Source of the DNA: Eledone cirrhosa
Taxonomy: Eukaryota
Length of the DNA stretch: 64,000 nucleotides
Direction: 5' to 3'
NCBI GenBank assembly: GCA_964016885.1
Contig: OZ024755.1
Location: 35,278,001 to 35,342,000, forward strand
Of the stretch, positions 51,203 through 64,000 are shown in pieces; the stretch's first letter is position 1; every line of letters starts with the position of its first letter. Made by a program: the position numbers and the translations under genes. The notes under the pieces were generated by a model that saw only the letters and a list, made by a program, of their open reading frames with translations, did no database searches and was not told where the DNA came from.

Positions 51203-51929
51203 TACAATTAACCTGTTAATAATTCTATTGATAGATTAATTGCATAAGTTTATTTTAAAAACTACTTGGTCGACAGCTTATTCGATTTGTGCTATTTATG
51301 CAATTTTTTGCATGGATTTACACATGTGCTTTTACAAAACACTGTGTCATCCACAACACTGGCGCAGAACAAAATACCTGTTGATAACGTGATATTCCTT
51401 GTACGATCATTATACCAAAAGCTTATTGTTTCAAGCAGACAGTATTATTGATTTAGGTGTCGCAGAAACCCTGTACTGGATTATACCATCAATTCCAAGG
51501 GTCCGGGTGAATATGTCATTTATTTTGTCTGACCCGTTTAGCTTGACTCGGTTTTTTGGCTTAGGTGGTTAATGGCTTCTTGACCGCCTTCTCAGTTTGT
51601 ATGGCCTTTATAACCTACGTTTTTTCAACAAGGGAAGGGAGATAAGCTGACAGACCTGTTTCTGGCCGACCTTTATTGAAAATTATAGAGGCTGGATTTT
51701 TATAGATTTTCAGTAATAATCAGGAACTGATTATACAGAGCGATTGCCGGTCCAGCAAAAATTGAAAGTTAGGATTAGTGCTCTGAAATAGCGATGTATA
51801 CATGAATGTATGTATAATATATCTGGTAATATAGTGTATGTTTAATTGAAAACATTTTGAAAACCTTGCGCTATTATTTTAAAGTAGTGACTATGTCACT
51901 TACTTCTTTTTTCAACAAGGGAAGGGAGA

Positions 51930-51975
51930 TAAGCTGACAGACCTGTTTCACACTGTTGGTGTTCATCAGAGCTTA
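51930..51975 (-). ncRNA. Type-I hammerhead ribozyme motif with canonical GUC site
   Basis: Reverse complement reads taagct-CTGATGA-acac caaca gtgt-GAAACAG gt CTGTC-agctta, with a 6-bp stem I. Confidence 0.78.
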
Positions 51976-52225
51976 ACACTCGCCGACCTTTGTTGAAAAT
52001 TATAGAAGCTGGATTCTTATAGAATTCCAGTAATAATCAGGAACTGATTATAGAAAGTGATTGCTCTGGTCTATTTAGCCCATGGAGCGCTTGCCAGCAT
52101 GACTCGGAATTTGCGTTGCGTTTCGCTTTTTCTACCCGCCGAAATGCGATTCCCGCTGAATTTATATTTATATATATATGAATTAAAAAGTGACAATGGC
52201 ACTGTAGTTACTAACAAATATTTTT

Positions 52226-52357
52226 GAGAAATGCAAACACAAGGAAAATTCCCGCTCATCAGCTGTGGATCACCGATGTTTCCCACGCATTTTGAAACAT
52301 CGGTGATCCATAGAAGACAGCTGATGAGTGGGAATTTTTCTTGTGTTTGCATTTCTC
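52226..52357. repeat. ~57-bp imperfect inverted repeat
   Basis: Arms 52226-52282 and 52294-52357; the right arm carries a 7-nt insertion. Confidence 0.85.
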
Positions 52358-52402
52358 TCATGCTTTCTATATATATATAGATAGATAGATAGATAGATAG
52401 AT

Positions 52403-52938
52403 TTCTTTATTAGCCACAAGGGCGCAACAAGAAAAGGGGACAATACAAAGACATGCCCGGGATTTTACATACAGTCGTGTAAAAAATATAAAAACAAACA
52501 ATTACAACAATCGAAATCCCCAATAAGGGGAAGGCGCCACAAATGGGTTGTTTAATACCCCGTCGATAAAACAACCCTCAACTCCAGGAGCGTGTTGTGC
52601 AAGTGCTCCTTTCTTCCTTTTGCTCTCTTCCTCAACCTACAGGCTTATAAACAGAGAAGGCCCAATCACTAGGGCCATTTTCGCTTCATTCACCCACCTT
52701 TCAGTAAATTTACTGGGGTGCAGTGCCTCTCTCTCCACTCTGATTCTCCTTCTAAAGTGATACTTAAAGAAGGGAATCAATTGTTGTCCGGAGAGAAAGG
52801 CATCTGTCCTCAGTCCTCTCAACCTCGTCCACCATATAACTTCTTTCACCATAGCCACCGTACAGAGGAAAACTGCCTCTCTTTCGTTTTTGAAAGAGGC
52901 TGGCGGTTTGATCCTTACTATGAACTCGGGAGTCAACT
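52403..52938 (-). mobile_element. Tx1/L1-like LINE 3' fragment inserted in (GATA)n
   Basis: FLCTVAMVKEVIWWTR...FFKYHFRRRIRVER...F.ERW C-terminal pattern, 3' UTR ending aataaagaa, (gata)n on both sides. Confidence 0.6.
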
Positions 52939-53494
52939 GGATAGATAGATAGATAGATAGATAGACAGACAGACAAGTAGACCGACATGAAGACAGACAG
53001 ATAGATAAATAAATAGATATATGGGGCCAAATGTCTCTGTAGAATAGATAAAGGAAGTGTTTTAAGTTAAGTACAGAGCTGAAGTATATTAATATAAATA
53101 ATTTCTCAACATAGTTGCATGCTACATAAGGTTTCAAAGCATTTTCTCCCATCATATATCAGCCTACTGCACAAATGTGTCACTGCCAAACCCACAATGC
53201 ATATCATTGTCAACTGTGTGACATAGAAAGGCAGTCTGTTGTAGTGATTGTATTGCTGGCTGTGGTTGGGCCACTTCATTATCAATCTTTCATTTATATT
53301 TTGCTGTAACCCAACAGGGATTACTGAACTATAAATATTTTAGGTCTTTTATGTCCATTACACCTGATGACGTTGCAAATTGTCTTGCATCATGGTCTGA
53401 TGACATATGTTAACCATAGAAATAAATATTATGTAATTGTGCAACATAAAAGAAATATACTGCACCAACCATGAGATACCACATCTTTGATGGA

Positions 53495-54032
53495 TGGTAC
53501 ATATCGAATTGCTCTAGGTTGGGGAGCTTTCAACAAGAACAAGGAAGTACTAACATCAAAATGAGTTTCCTATCATTTGAAGGCTAAGATCTTTGATACT
53601 TACATCCTACCAGTTGTGTTATATGGTCTTGACTGTGTTAATTGGACGACAAGGTCACTTCAGAAGCTCTCTACATTCCAGAACCACATCATGAGACTTA
53701 TGACTGGCAAGCGGCTCAGCGACCATATCTGTATCAGTGAGCTGCTCAACATTACCAAACTTAGACCAATTACATCAATTGTCAAGTCAAGAGTACTCAA
53801 ACTATACGGCCATATAAAGAGATCAACTCATGGTGTGAGTAGGTTATGCCTGAAAGGAAGGTTGGCTGGTAAGAGAAGCAGAGGCCGGCAGCCAAAACGA
53901 TGGCTTGACAATGTCAACTGATGGACTGGACTTGATCTTTGAACTCTGCTGCTGGTGATCAAACTTTGTGGAGAGAGATATCACATATTGATGTACAGTC
54001 TGCAACTGGGGGAGTTTAGCGTCACAAGAAGA
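53495..54032 (+). mobile_element. RTE-like LINE 3' fragment
   Basis: KAKIFDTYILPVVLYGLDCVNW...LYGHIKR...GKRSRGRQPKRWLDNV. Confidence 0.85.
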
Positions 54033-55142
54033 ATATATAACATGTTATATTGAAAATTAAATCAAGCAGTCACAATCTCTTACCATTCCTGTGATATTTT
54101 GTAGCCACTGCTTAACGCATGACCATACGCAACTAATATCAACACTCTGATTTTGAAGAACTATGAAGTCTTTGAAATGGTAATGCACCCATGGATTTAG
54201 GGAAGCTACTGTTCCAAACTAAGAGAAAGACCTTATAAGGAAATATAGTAAAACCTTCATAAAGATGATCAAACTGGAGCAGAATTCTGTGTTCAATATA
54301 ACACATATACACACATATATATACACACACATACATACATGTGTGTGTGTGTTTTTACACAAATATATATATGTATATATTTGAATACATGTATGTATAA
54401 TTATGTAATGTATGTATGCGTAAGTGTGTGTGTATGTATGTCTATGTAATGTATGTATGTGTAAGTGTGTGTAAATGTATGTATGTCTATGTAATGTATG
54501 TATGTGTATGTGTGTGTATGTGTGTGTATGTGTATATGTATGTCTATGTAATGTATGTATGTGTATGTGTGTGTATATATATGTATGTCTATGTAATGTA
54601 TGTATATGTATGTATATATATGTATGTCTATGTAATGTATGTATATGTATGTATATATATGTATGTCTATGTAATGTATGTATGTATAAGTGTGTGTATA
54701 TATATGTATGTCAATGTAATGTATATGTGAGTGTGTGTATATATGTGTATGTGTATGTATGTCTATGTAATGTATGTATGTGTAAGTGTGTGTATGTGTA
54801 TATGCATCTGGGTGAGTATGTATATCTGTGTGTGTGTGAGTGAGATTATAAGTATCGGTGTGTGTGTGTGTGTATGTGAGTATGTCTGTATGTGTGTGTG
54901 TGAGTATCTATAAGTATCTATGTGTGTGTGTGAGTATCTATATGCATCTGTATGTGTGTGTATGAGTGTGTATGTGTGTATGAGTGTGTATATATGTATC
55001 TGTGTGTATCTATATATCTATATATCTGTGTGTGTATCTATATATCTGTGTGTGTATATATGTATCTATGTGTGTGTATATGTATCTATCTATATATATA
55101 TATATATATATCTGTGTGTGTGTCTATATATATGTATATATA

Positions 55143-55480
55143 GGCACATGGGTTAGTGGTTAGAGCATTGGCCTTGCAATCGAAAGGTTGTGAGTTCAAT
55201 TCTCAGACCGGGTGATGTGTTGTTTCCTTGAGCAAGACACTTTATTTCACATTGCTCCAGTTTACTCAGCTGTAGAAATGAGATGATAGGGACTGGGGTC
55301 TGGTCCCTATCATTCCACTGCAAAGTGGTCGTGGAGGTGCCACGGCAAAAAAGCACCCAGCACTCACTGTAAATGAGGTTGGTGTTAGGAAGGGCATCCA
55401 GCTGTAGAAATCAAGCCAGAATCAGTTCCCGTCCCACCCTTGCAAGCAGGGAAAAAGTGGACGTAAAATGAAATGAATGA

Positions 55481-55537
<57 letters not shown>

Positions 55538-55554
55538 CTATATATCTATATATC

Positions 55555-55608
<54 letters not shown>

Positions 55609-55621
55609 TATAGATATATAG

Positions 55622-55661
<40 letters not shown>

Positions 55662-55686
55662 CTATATATCTATATATCTGTGTGTG

Positions 55687-55727
<41 letters not shown>

Positions 55728-55748
55728 GTGTCTATATATCTATATATC

Positions 55749-55813
<65 letters not shown>

Positions 55814-56182
55814 GTGTATGTGTGTGTGTGTATATATATATATCATTTCATCATCATTTCATTTTACGTCCACTTTTCCCTGCTTGCAAGGGTGGGATGG
55901 GAACTGATTCTGGCTTGATTTCTACAGTTGGATGCCCTTCCTAACACCAACCTCATTTACAGTGAGTGCTGGGTGCTTTTTTGCCGTGGCACCTCCACGA
56001 CCACTTTGCAGTGGAATGATAGGGACCCCAGTCCCTATCATCTCATTTCTACAGCTGAGTAAACTGGAGCAATGTGAAATAAAGTGTCTTGCTCAAGGAA
56101 ACAACACATCACCTGGTCTGAGATTTGAACTCACAACCTTTCGATTGCAAGGCCAATGCTCTAACCACTAAGGCATGTGCCT
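55143..56182. mobile_element. Inverted pair of SINE family B (+55143-55480, -55843-56182)
   Basis: Near-identical reverse complements separated by (TA/TG)n. Confidence 0.9.
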
Positions 56183-56206
56183 CTGTGTGTGTGTATATAT
56201 ATATAT

Positions 56207-56250
<44 letters not shown>

Positions 56251-56407
56251 CTGTGTATGTGTATGTATATATATATATATATATATATCTGTGTATGTGT
56301 ATGTATATATATATTTTCTTTTTTATTTATTTATTAATATATATATATATATTTTTTTTTCTCCTCGTGCAATGGCCATACTCGATAACGAGGGGGCAGC
56401 CATCATA

Positions 56408-56459
<52 letters not shown>

Positions 56460-56574
56460 GAAAACCCGCCAGACAGTCCTATGCGAGCAAGACAACCACT
56501 CTTGCCTCAAGTGGGAAAACTCCCGTCCAAACCCATGCAAGCGTGGAACATGGACGTTAAACGATGATGATGAT

Positions 56575-56630
<56 letters not shown>

Positions 56631-56689
56631 TGCGCGTGCGCGTGCGCGTGCGCGTGCGTGCGCGTGCGTGCGCGTGCGCGTGCGCGTGC

Positions 56690-56746
<57 letters not shown>

Positions 56747-57036
56747 AAATGGGATTGATGTAAAAATGTCGTCAACGTTTGGCAGAGTAGAAATATAGTT
56801 GAGGTAGTAATAGGAGACTCCATTCCAAGAGAACGGTGCAGGGACAAAGAGCCAGGAAAGAAGGGCCGAAGCACGCTGCTTCTCTCTCAAGTAACCACTG
56901 AATAAACGGAGAATTGATAAGAGTTTTTTCAATGACTCAATACTGCTGTAGTTGTATTGTTTGTGGTTTATAACTGACAACCGAATGGGAGTTGGCAGCG
57001 GAGAAGATGATGGCGGATATTCTGTTTAACATTGTA

Positions 57037-58209
57037 CTGACACACACACACTGACACACACACTGACACACACTGACACACACACACTGACACACACACA
57101 CACAGACACATACACTGACACACACACACTGATACACACAGACACACACAGACACAGACACACACACAGACACACACACTGAGACACACACTGACACAAA
57201 CACAGACACAAACACAAACACAAGCACAGACACAGACACACACACTGACAAACACAGACACACACCGACACACACCGACACACACCGACACACACCGACA
57301 CACACACACCGACACACACCCCGACACAACCCGACACACACACCGACGCACACACACACAGACACACACAGACACCGACACACACTGTCACACACACACT
57401 GACACACACACATAGACACACACACTGTCACACACACACACAGACACTGTCACACAAACACTGACACACACACACAGACACACACTGACACACAGACACT
57501 GACACACACACACTGATACACACAGACACTGACACACACAGACACACACACTGAGACACACACTGACACAGACACAAACACAAGCACAGACACAAACACT
57601 GACAAACACAGACACACACCGACACACACACCGACACACACACCGACACACACACCGACACACACACCGACACACACACCGACACACACACCGACACACA
57701 CACCGACACACACACCGACACACACACCGACACACACACCGACACACACACCGACACACACACCGACACACACACCGACACACACACCGACACACACACC
57801 GACACACACACCGACACACACACCGACACACACACCGACACACACACAGACACACACACAGACACACACACAGACACACCGACACACACACTGACACAGA
57901 CACTGACACACACTGACACACACTGACACACACAGACACACACACAGACACACACTGACACACACACTGACACACACTGACACACCCCGACACACTGACA
58001 CACTGGCACACACTGGCACACACTGACACACACAGACACACACACAGACACTGTCACACACACTGACACACACACTGACACACTGACACACCCCGACACA
58101 CACTCTGAGACACCCTGACACACACACAGACACAGACACACACACTGACACACACACACTGACACACACACCGACACACACACACTGACACACACACACT
58201 GACACTGAA
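57037..58209. repeat. c(t/c/a)ga(ca)n compound microsatellite including a 12-bp ccgacacacaca run
   Basis: Directly visible; flanked by a 27-bp direct repeat. Confidence 0.9.
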
Positions 58210-58611
58210 ATGGCGAATATTCTATTTAACATTGTATTGTCAAATACAAAAGATATGATTTCATAATACCCTGCCTACAATACCAATGTTTAGAGGTTGA
58301 AAGGGAAGAAGGGGGGGAGAAGGAAGAAACAACAGAGAAACAACAAAAACAGAGAAACAATAAAAATAATAAACACTCACATGCTAACAAACAACACACA
58401 TTTATATGCATTTTTAAGCAGCAGATAAGCATATATATATATATATATATGCTTAACATAGGTGCTTTATAAATACATTATTTATATATGAATAAATACA
58501 TCATATAAATATATATATATATATACATATATAGATATATACATATATATATATATATATACATAACATAGGTGCTTATAAATACATTATTTATATATGA
58601 ATAAATGCATC

Positions 58612-58648
<37 letters not shown>

Positions 58649-58651
<3 letters not shown>

Positions 58652-58965
58652 GTTGTGAGTTCAATTCTTGGACCAGGTGATGTGTTGTTTCCTTGAGCAA
58701 GACACTTTATTTCACATTGCTCCAGTTTACTCAGCTGTAGAAATGAGATGATAGGGACTGGGGTCCCTATCGATAGGGACTGGGGTCCCTATCATTCCAC
58801 TGTAAAGTGGTCGTGCAGGTGCCATGGCAAAAAAGCACCCAGCACTCACTGTAAATGAGGTTGGTGTTAGGAAGGGCATCCAGCTGTAGAAATCAAGCCA
58901 GAATCAGTTCCCGTCCCACCTTTGCAAGCAGGGAAAAAGCGAACGTAAAATGAAATGATGATGAT
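58649..58965 (+). mobile_element. 5'-truncated SINE family B
   Basis: Matches 55185-55480, with an internal duplication of gatagggactggggtccctatc. Confidence 0.85.
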
Positions 58966-58981
58966 ATATATATATATATAT

Positions 58982-61052
58982 CTAGGACGAGTAAAATTCC
59001 CGAGATCCATGGACAAGTTCTCTCCAGCAGTCTCTGTCCCTCATTATCGCTGCCATGTCCTGCGTCTCTAACAGACCAGTGTCTGTCCTTAGGGCATCAA
59101 CATAAGTTAACCTTGGTATTCCTCTTCCAGTGTGTCCATGCAGGGGCTCCCACAGTAGCACTGAGTGCAATGTCAACTCTGGATGTCGGTGAGCATGTCC
59201 AACTAACCTCATTCTCCTCTGTATCACTTTTGAGCTGACTCTTGGGAGCCTCCCATACAGAGTTTTTCATCCTCAGTGTATACTGATTAATGTTCAGAGC
59301 CATCCTCAGCATTCGCGTGTAGCACCCATCTACCATCTGAGTGAGTTTCTTGGTCAATGTCCAAGTCTCAGACCCATACAGCAGCACAGACTCCACTACA
59401 GCAATGAAGAGGCGGATCTTCAGGTCTTTATGAAGGTCCGACTTCCACACCAATCTCAAGCTGTGGCACGCTGCCCAGGCTTTGCTCTTCCTCTCGACCA
59501 AATCATCTTCCGTATTCCCAATCTTTGCTCCCAAATACAGGAAGTCCTCAACCAATTCTAGCGACTTCCTGCCTACATTAGTGATCCCCTCTGGCTTCTC
59601 AACATTCTCTACCAGATATTTTGTCTTAATCTAATTCATTCTTAGCCCCACACTCATCGACATAGTCTCAACCTCCTGCATCAAATCCTCTGCCTCCTTC
59701 ACTGTGTTTGTCACCAAAACTATGTCGTCAGTAAATTCAGCATCCGATATCTTTTTCGCCTTAACTCTCCTGCTCTGAGCCGGTGCTACAGTAAAGCCAG
59801 AGTCCTGGTGTTTCTCCAGTGCAAGGCGCATTCAATATTCCACTGCGATGATAAAAAGGTAGGGAGCCAATGTATCTTCCTCGAGCACTCCAGACAGTAT
59901 CTCAAAGAACTCCGTCAACCTATCAGGTGTAATGACTTGGGCTTTGATGTTGGTGTAGATCAGTGATATCAGGTCCACTATCTTCTTGGGGATTCCATAA
60001 GCCTGTGAGATCTTCATCAGGCAGTGATGGTCCACAGAATCAAAGGCCTTCCTAAAGTCAATGAAAACCATCACCGCAGGAAGGCACTTTGCTCTAGCTC
60101 CCTCTAATATCCTCCTCAGCATCAGGATGTGACTGGTGGTTGATCTTCCCTCTCTGAAGCCGTTCTGGTTGTCCCTGAGCTTCTTCTCCATCTCAGGCTA
60201 GATCCTGTTAAGAAAATAATCATCCTGTTGTGGGTCTTTGCCACAAGTGATGTCAGTGAGATCCCCCTGTAGTTGTTGGTGTTAGAGAGATCTCCTTTGG
60301 CACTGGGAGGGTTTTACTGATCCTCTACTGATTTGGGGCAACTCCTTTCTCCAGGATGATATCCTCAAAATCTCACTATTTCATCACCTCTGATCCCACT
60401 CCATCTTCTCCATGAGTCTTGCCCTCCTTGATCTTCTTGTCTCTCTGAAGCTCCTCTCTGGTGAAGGGATCTGTCTCAATATCCAGTTCTTCAAACAGCC
60501 GTCTGATCTCCTTAGTGTTCTGGGCTGTGGAGGGCGGCTCTCCTAGTAGGGTCCTAAAATGGTCTAGCCATTTCCCCTTCCTATCCTCGGGCCCTGTTCC
60601 CTGGATCTGACTCAAACATCTCTTCCTCCCCATGATCTCGTTGATGATCATCCAGTTCTCCTTACATCCAGACCTGTCAACCGCTCTCTCCACACTTCTG
60701 ATCTTCTCTATCACTGCCTCCTCTCTGGCCTCAGTGTAAGCGGGACAGAGTTCTTTTCTCATCACTTCCACATTCTCCTTCCTCTCCTCCATAGGATCAG
60801 CATAGAATTGGTCCTTGGCACCTTTCAGGTGTTCTCTGGCTGCACGCACTTTTGGGTCTGCAGAGCTGACGTGCTTCCTTTTGTTCTTTCTCCTCGGCAC
60901 AAGGGTCTCACTTGCTTCCGCCACTGCACTGGTGAAGTACCCGTACCTCCTCGTCACACTCTCCTCAGTCCATCCAATCTCTCTCTCCTCTGATTCTCCA
61001 CACAGAGCACTGAACCTGTTCTTCACTTCCACTGTGAACCTCTCCTGGGTAT
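58982..61052 (-). pseudogene. RTE-clade LINE ORF 3' portion (reverse transcriptase and C-terminus), disrupted
   Basis: EVKNRFSAL, NYRGISL, NQNGFREGRST, FIDFRKAFDSV, GVLEEDTLAPYLF, EFTDDIVL (FADD-like), VEDFLYLG, LYGSETWT and RLVGH, with stops and frameshifts. Confidence 0.93.
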
Positions 61053-61069
61053 GACATTAAACTACATCC

Positions 61070-62114
61070 AGTGGCAAGGCTCCAGTTCGAGAGCTGTGGG
61101 GAATGTGGAGTTACCCCTTAGTTGTCATAACTCCCAGGTCTGCTCTGGCCCGGAGTAGTAGTACCTGTTAGGGCCCCATTTATGGGTTAAATAATTACCT
61201 TATTGCAGTGGTGCCAGTAAGGTGTTGTCAGCCATTGAAAAGAAATATGGAGAGTCTATGTTATAGCACTAGGGTTGGAGCCCCTAACTACACTGTCAAG
61301 GAGCAGTCTGGTTGTTATGACTCTGGTGGCTAAGAGCCACAGGGAGGGCTAGTGGATGATGGATCCGCTGTCTCTGAGACAAATATAAAGAATGCAGAAG
61401 AGCCATTAAAATGGGCACTCTGAATGTGAGGACTGTTCAGACACTGGAGAAGAGGGAGGAGTTGGGTCATCTGTTCGAGGAGAGTGGTATGCAGATATTT
61501 GCAATCCAAGAACGACAGGATCCTACACGATGAGCCCGTGAGGAGTGTGATGATTGGGAAGAGGAGCCAGCTCATCACCACATCGGCAGTGAAGAACATG
61601 ACCAATGTTGCAGTGGGAGGAGTGGAGTTTGTTTTCAGCACAAAAACCAGTCTATTGGTGAGGGCAATAATACCCGTCTCCCCACGAGTGTTGAGGGTGA
61701 CCTTCAATGGAAACCCAAGACTGACAGTCATCTCAGCCTATAGTCCAACCGAGGGAGACAGTGATGTGAGTGCAGAAGAGTTCCATGAGGAGGGTGCAGA
61801 GCAGTCAACACCACTCAGGCACACAATATCCTGCTTGTTCTGGGGGACTTCTATGCACATCTGAGTAAGGAGGGCAGTGAAGATACTTGCTGGTACTTCC
61901 ATAACAACACCAACCGAAATGGAAGACTACTGAGAGACACCCTGCTGGAGGCGAACTTGATAGCAACAAACCTAAGATTTAGGAAGAATCTGGGGAAGAT
62001 GTGGACCTACATCTCAGATATACACCTGTCCAGGTCCCAGATTGATTTCATTCTAGTGAGGAAAAAGTGGCAGAATAGTGTTCTGAACACAGAACCATAC
62101 AACTATTTCAGTAC
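61070..62114 (+). pseudogene. RTE-clade LINE 5' UTR and APE endonuclease, inverted relative to the RT part
   Basis: MGTLNVRT...IQE, VGGV, VISAYSPT, LGDFYAHL, NRNG and SQIDFILV; stops just before the expected SDH motif. Confidence 0.9.
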
Positions 62115-62499
62115 AACTATTTCAGTACCCTGCCTTTCATAGGTTATAGACTCCATACACTGGTGGTTTTTCCTTGTTTTATTGATGGCGCACTCTCTCT
62201 CTCTAGTGTGTTACCTTTTCAACATATTGTATTTTATATATAGAAATAACTATTTTGATAAACTTTGTCAACACACAATAAATATTACATTTTCTGTTTG
62301 AGAAACATGAATATTTAATAGATTGTTAAAGGTTATTTTGTAGTGTTTCATGGTGTAGCAGTTATATTCCTGTTGTAATGTGGTTGTTTTTATTGTTCTT
62401 GTCTTTGTTGTTGTTATTTGGGGTTGTGGAGGGGTGGAGCAGTAATGTTTTGTTGTTGATGTCCATGAAATTGTTGTTATAGTTGCTGTTAGTGGCTGT

Positions 62500-63025
62500 A
62501 GTTGTTGTTGTAGTTAGATGGTGTCTGTTGTTGTTGTTAGATGGTGTTGTTATTGTAGTTGTTATAGTTGTAGTTGCTGTTAGTGGTTGTTGTTAGATGG
62601 TGTCTGTTGTTGTTGTTGTTAGATGATGTTAGATGGTGTCCGTTGTAGTTGTTAGATGGTGTCCGTTGTAGTTGTTAGATGGTGTCCGTTGTAGTTGTTA
62701 GATGGTGTCTGTTGTAGTTGTTAGATGGTGTCTGTTGTAGTTGTTAGATGGTGTCTGTTGTAGTTGTTAGATGGTGTCTGTTGTAGTTGTTAGATGGTGT
62801 CTGTTGTAGTTGTTAGATGGTGTCTGTTGTAGTTGTTAGATGGTGTCTGTTGTAGTTGTTAGATGGTGTCTGTTGTAGTTGTTAGATTGTGTATGTTGTA
62901 GTTGTTAGATGGTGTATGTTGTTAGATGTTGTTTGTTGTTGTTAGATGGTGTTTGTTGTTAGATGGGGTTTGTTGTTGTTGTTAGACAGTGTCTGTTGTT
63001 GTTAGACAGTGTCTGTTGTTGTTGT
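62500..63025. repeat. 23-bp minisatellite (gttagatggtgtctgttgtagtt) grading into (GTT)n
   Basis: Units start at 62651, 62674, 62697 and onward. Confidence 0.92.
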
Positions 63026-63618
63026 TTCTTATCTCTTGTTTGTCAAAACTTATTGAACTTCTTTTTTAGTCTTCTCACTTTTGTGTTTATCTATGAAGTC
63101 ACACACACACACATATGAATATAAATGTGTGTGTATATATATATGTCCTCCAAAAATGTATAGACTTATTTATTTCTATAAATATATGAGTCCCAAAAAA
63201 GTCATAAACACACACATGTGCATATATGCAGATAAATTTGTATGCATATATATATGTGTGTGTGTGTGTGTCCCAAAAATGTATACACATATTTATTTGT
63301 ATAAAAATATATATGTCCCAAAAGGTCATACACACATACACACACATGCATATATGCAGATAAATTTTTGTGTGTATATATAGCCACATTCGATCGCAGC
63401 GCTGTTAGTTGCTATCGTGTGTGTGTGTGTGTGTGTGTAGATATGCTTATGTGTGTGCGTGTGTGTATATATATATATGTATATGTATATTATTATTGTT
63501 GTTGTCATTATTATTGTTATTATTATTGTTATTAATGTAATGTGTGTGTGTATGTGTGAGTGTGTGTGTGTGTGTGAGAGTGAGAGTGAGTGTGTGTGTG
63601 AGAGTGAGTGTGTGTGTG

Positions 63619-63652
<34 letters not shown>

Positions 63653-63706
63653 TGTGTGTGGTGTGTGGGGGTGTGGGGGGGGTGTGGGGGGGTATATATA
63701 TGTATG

Positions 63707-63737
<31 letters not shown>

Positions 63738-64000
63738 TTCTTTTTTTTTTATTTATTTATTTATTATTATTTTTTTTTATTTTTTTTTTCTTTCTCCTCG
63801 TGCAATGGCCATACTCGATAACGAGGGGGCAGCCATCATATATATATATATATATATATATCCCCAAAACTGTATTCACATATTTATTTGTATGAATATA
63901 TATATATGCTTGTCTGAAATGATAAGAAGATAAAGACAATCTATTGTGATATAATTATTAAAGGCGGGAAGGAGGCTAACTATTCTCTGATATATCTTTT

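Noticed and set aside
58982-62114. Active autonomous RTE element
   Set aside because: It has multiple stops and frameshifts, altered catalytic motifs (FTDD, GVLEED) and an inversion.

Overview
This is AT-rich eukaryotic DNA with no recognisable intact gene, made almost entirely of repeats. The SINE families, RTE/CR1 LINE remnants and dense (TA)n/(CA)n microsatellites point to a coleoid cephalopod, probably an octopod (inference). Nearly all long ORFs in the track are microsatellite or satellite artefacts. Highlights: (1) A 3.3-kb 76-bp satellite that is an in-situ amplification of part of the restriction-like endonuclease of a CRE-like non-LTR retrotransposon. (2) A 5.8-kb 43-bp palindromic satellite with an inverted mini-array beside it. 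(3) At least six minimal type-I hammerhead ribozyme motifs of the Penelope/retrozyme kind, three clustered at 23.1-23.65 kb next to a perfect 65-bp fold-back centred on a seventh core. (4) A near full-length RTE LINE with a twin-priming-type 5' inversion. (5) A 99-bp minisatellite made from RTE coding sequence. (6) Several long hairpins and inverted SINE pairs. (7) Two phase-compatible candidate host exons. There is no CRISPR array, rRNA or genuine tRNA gene.
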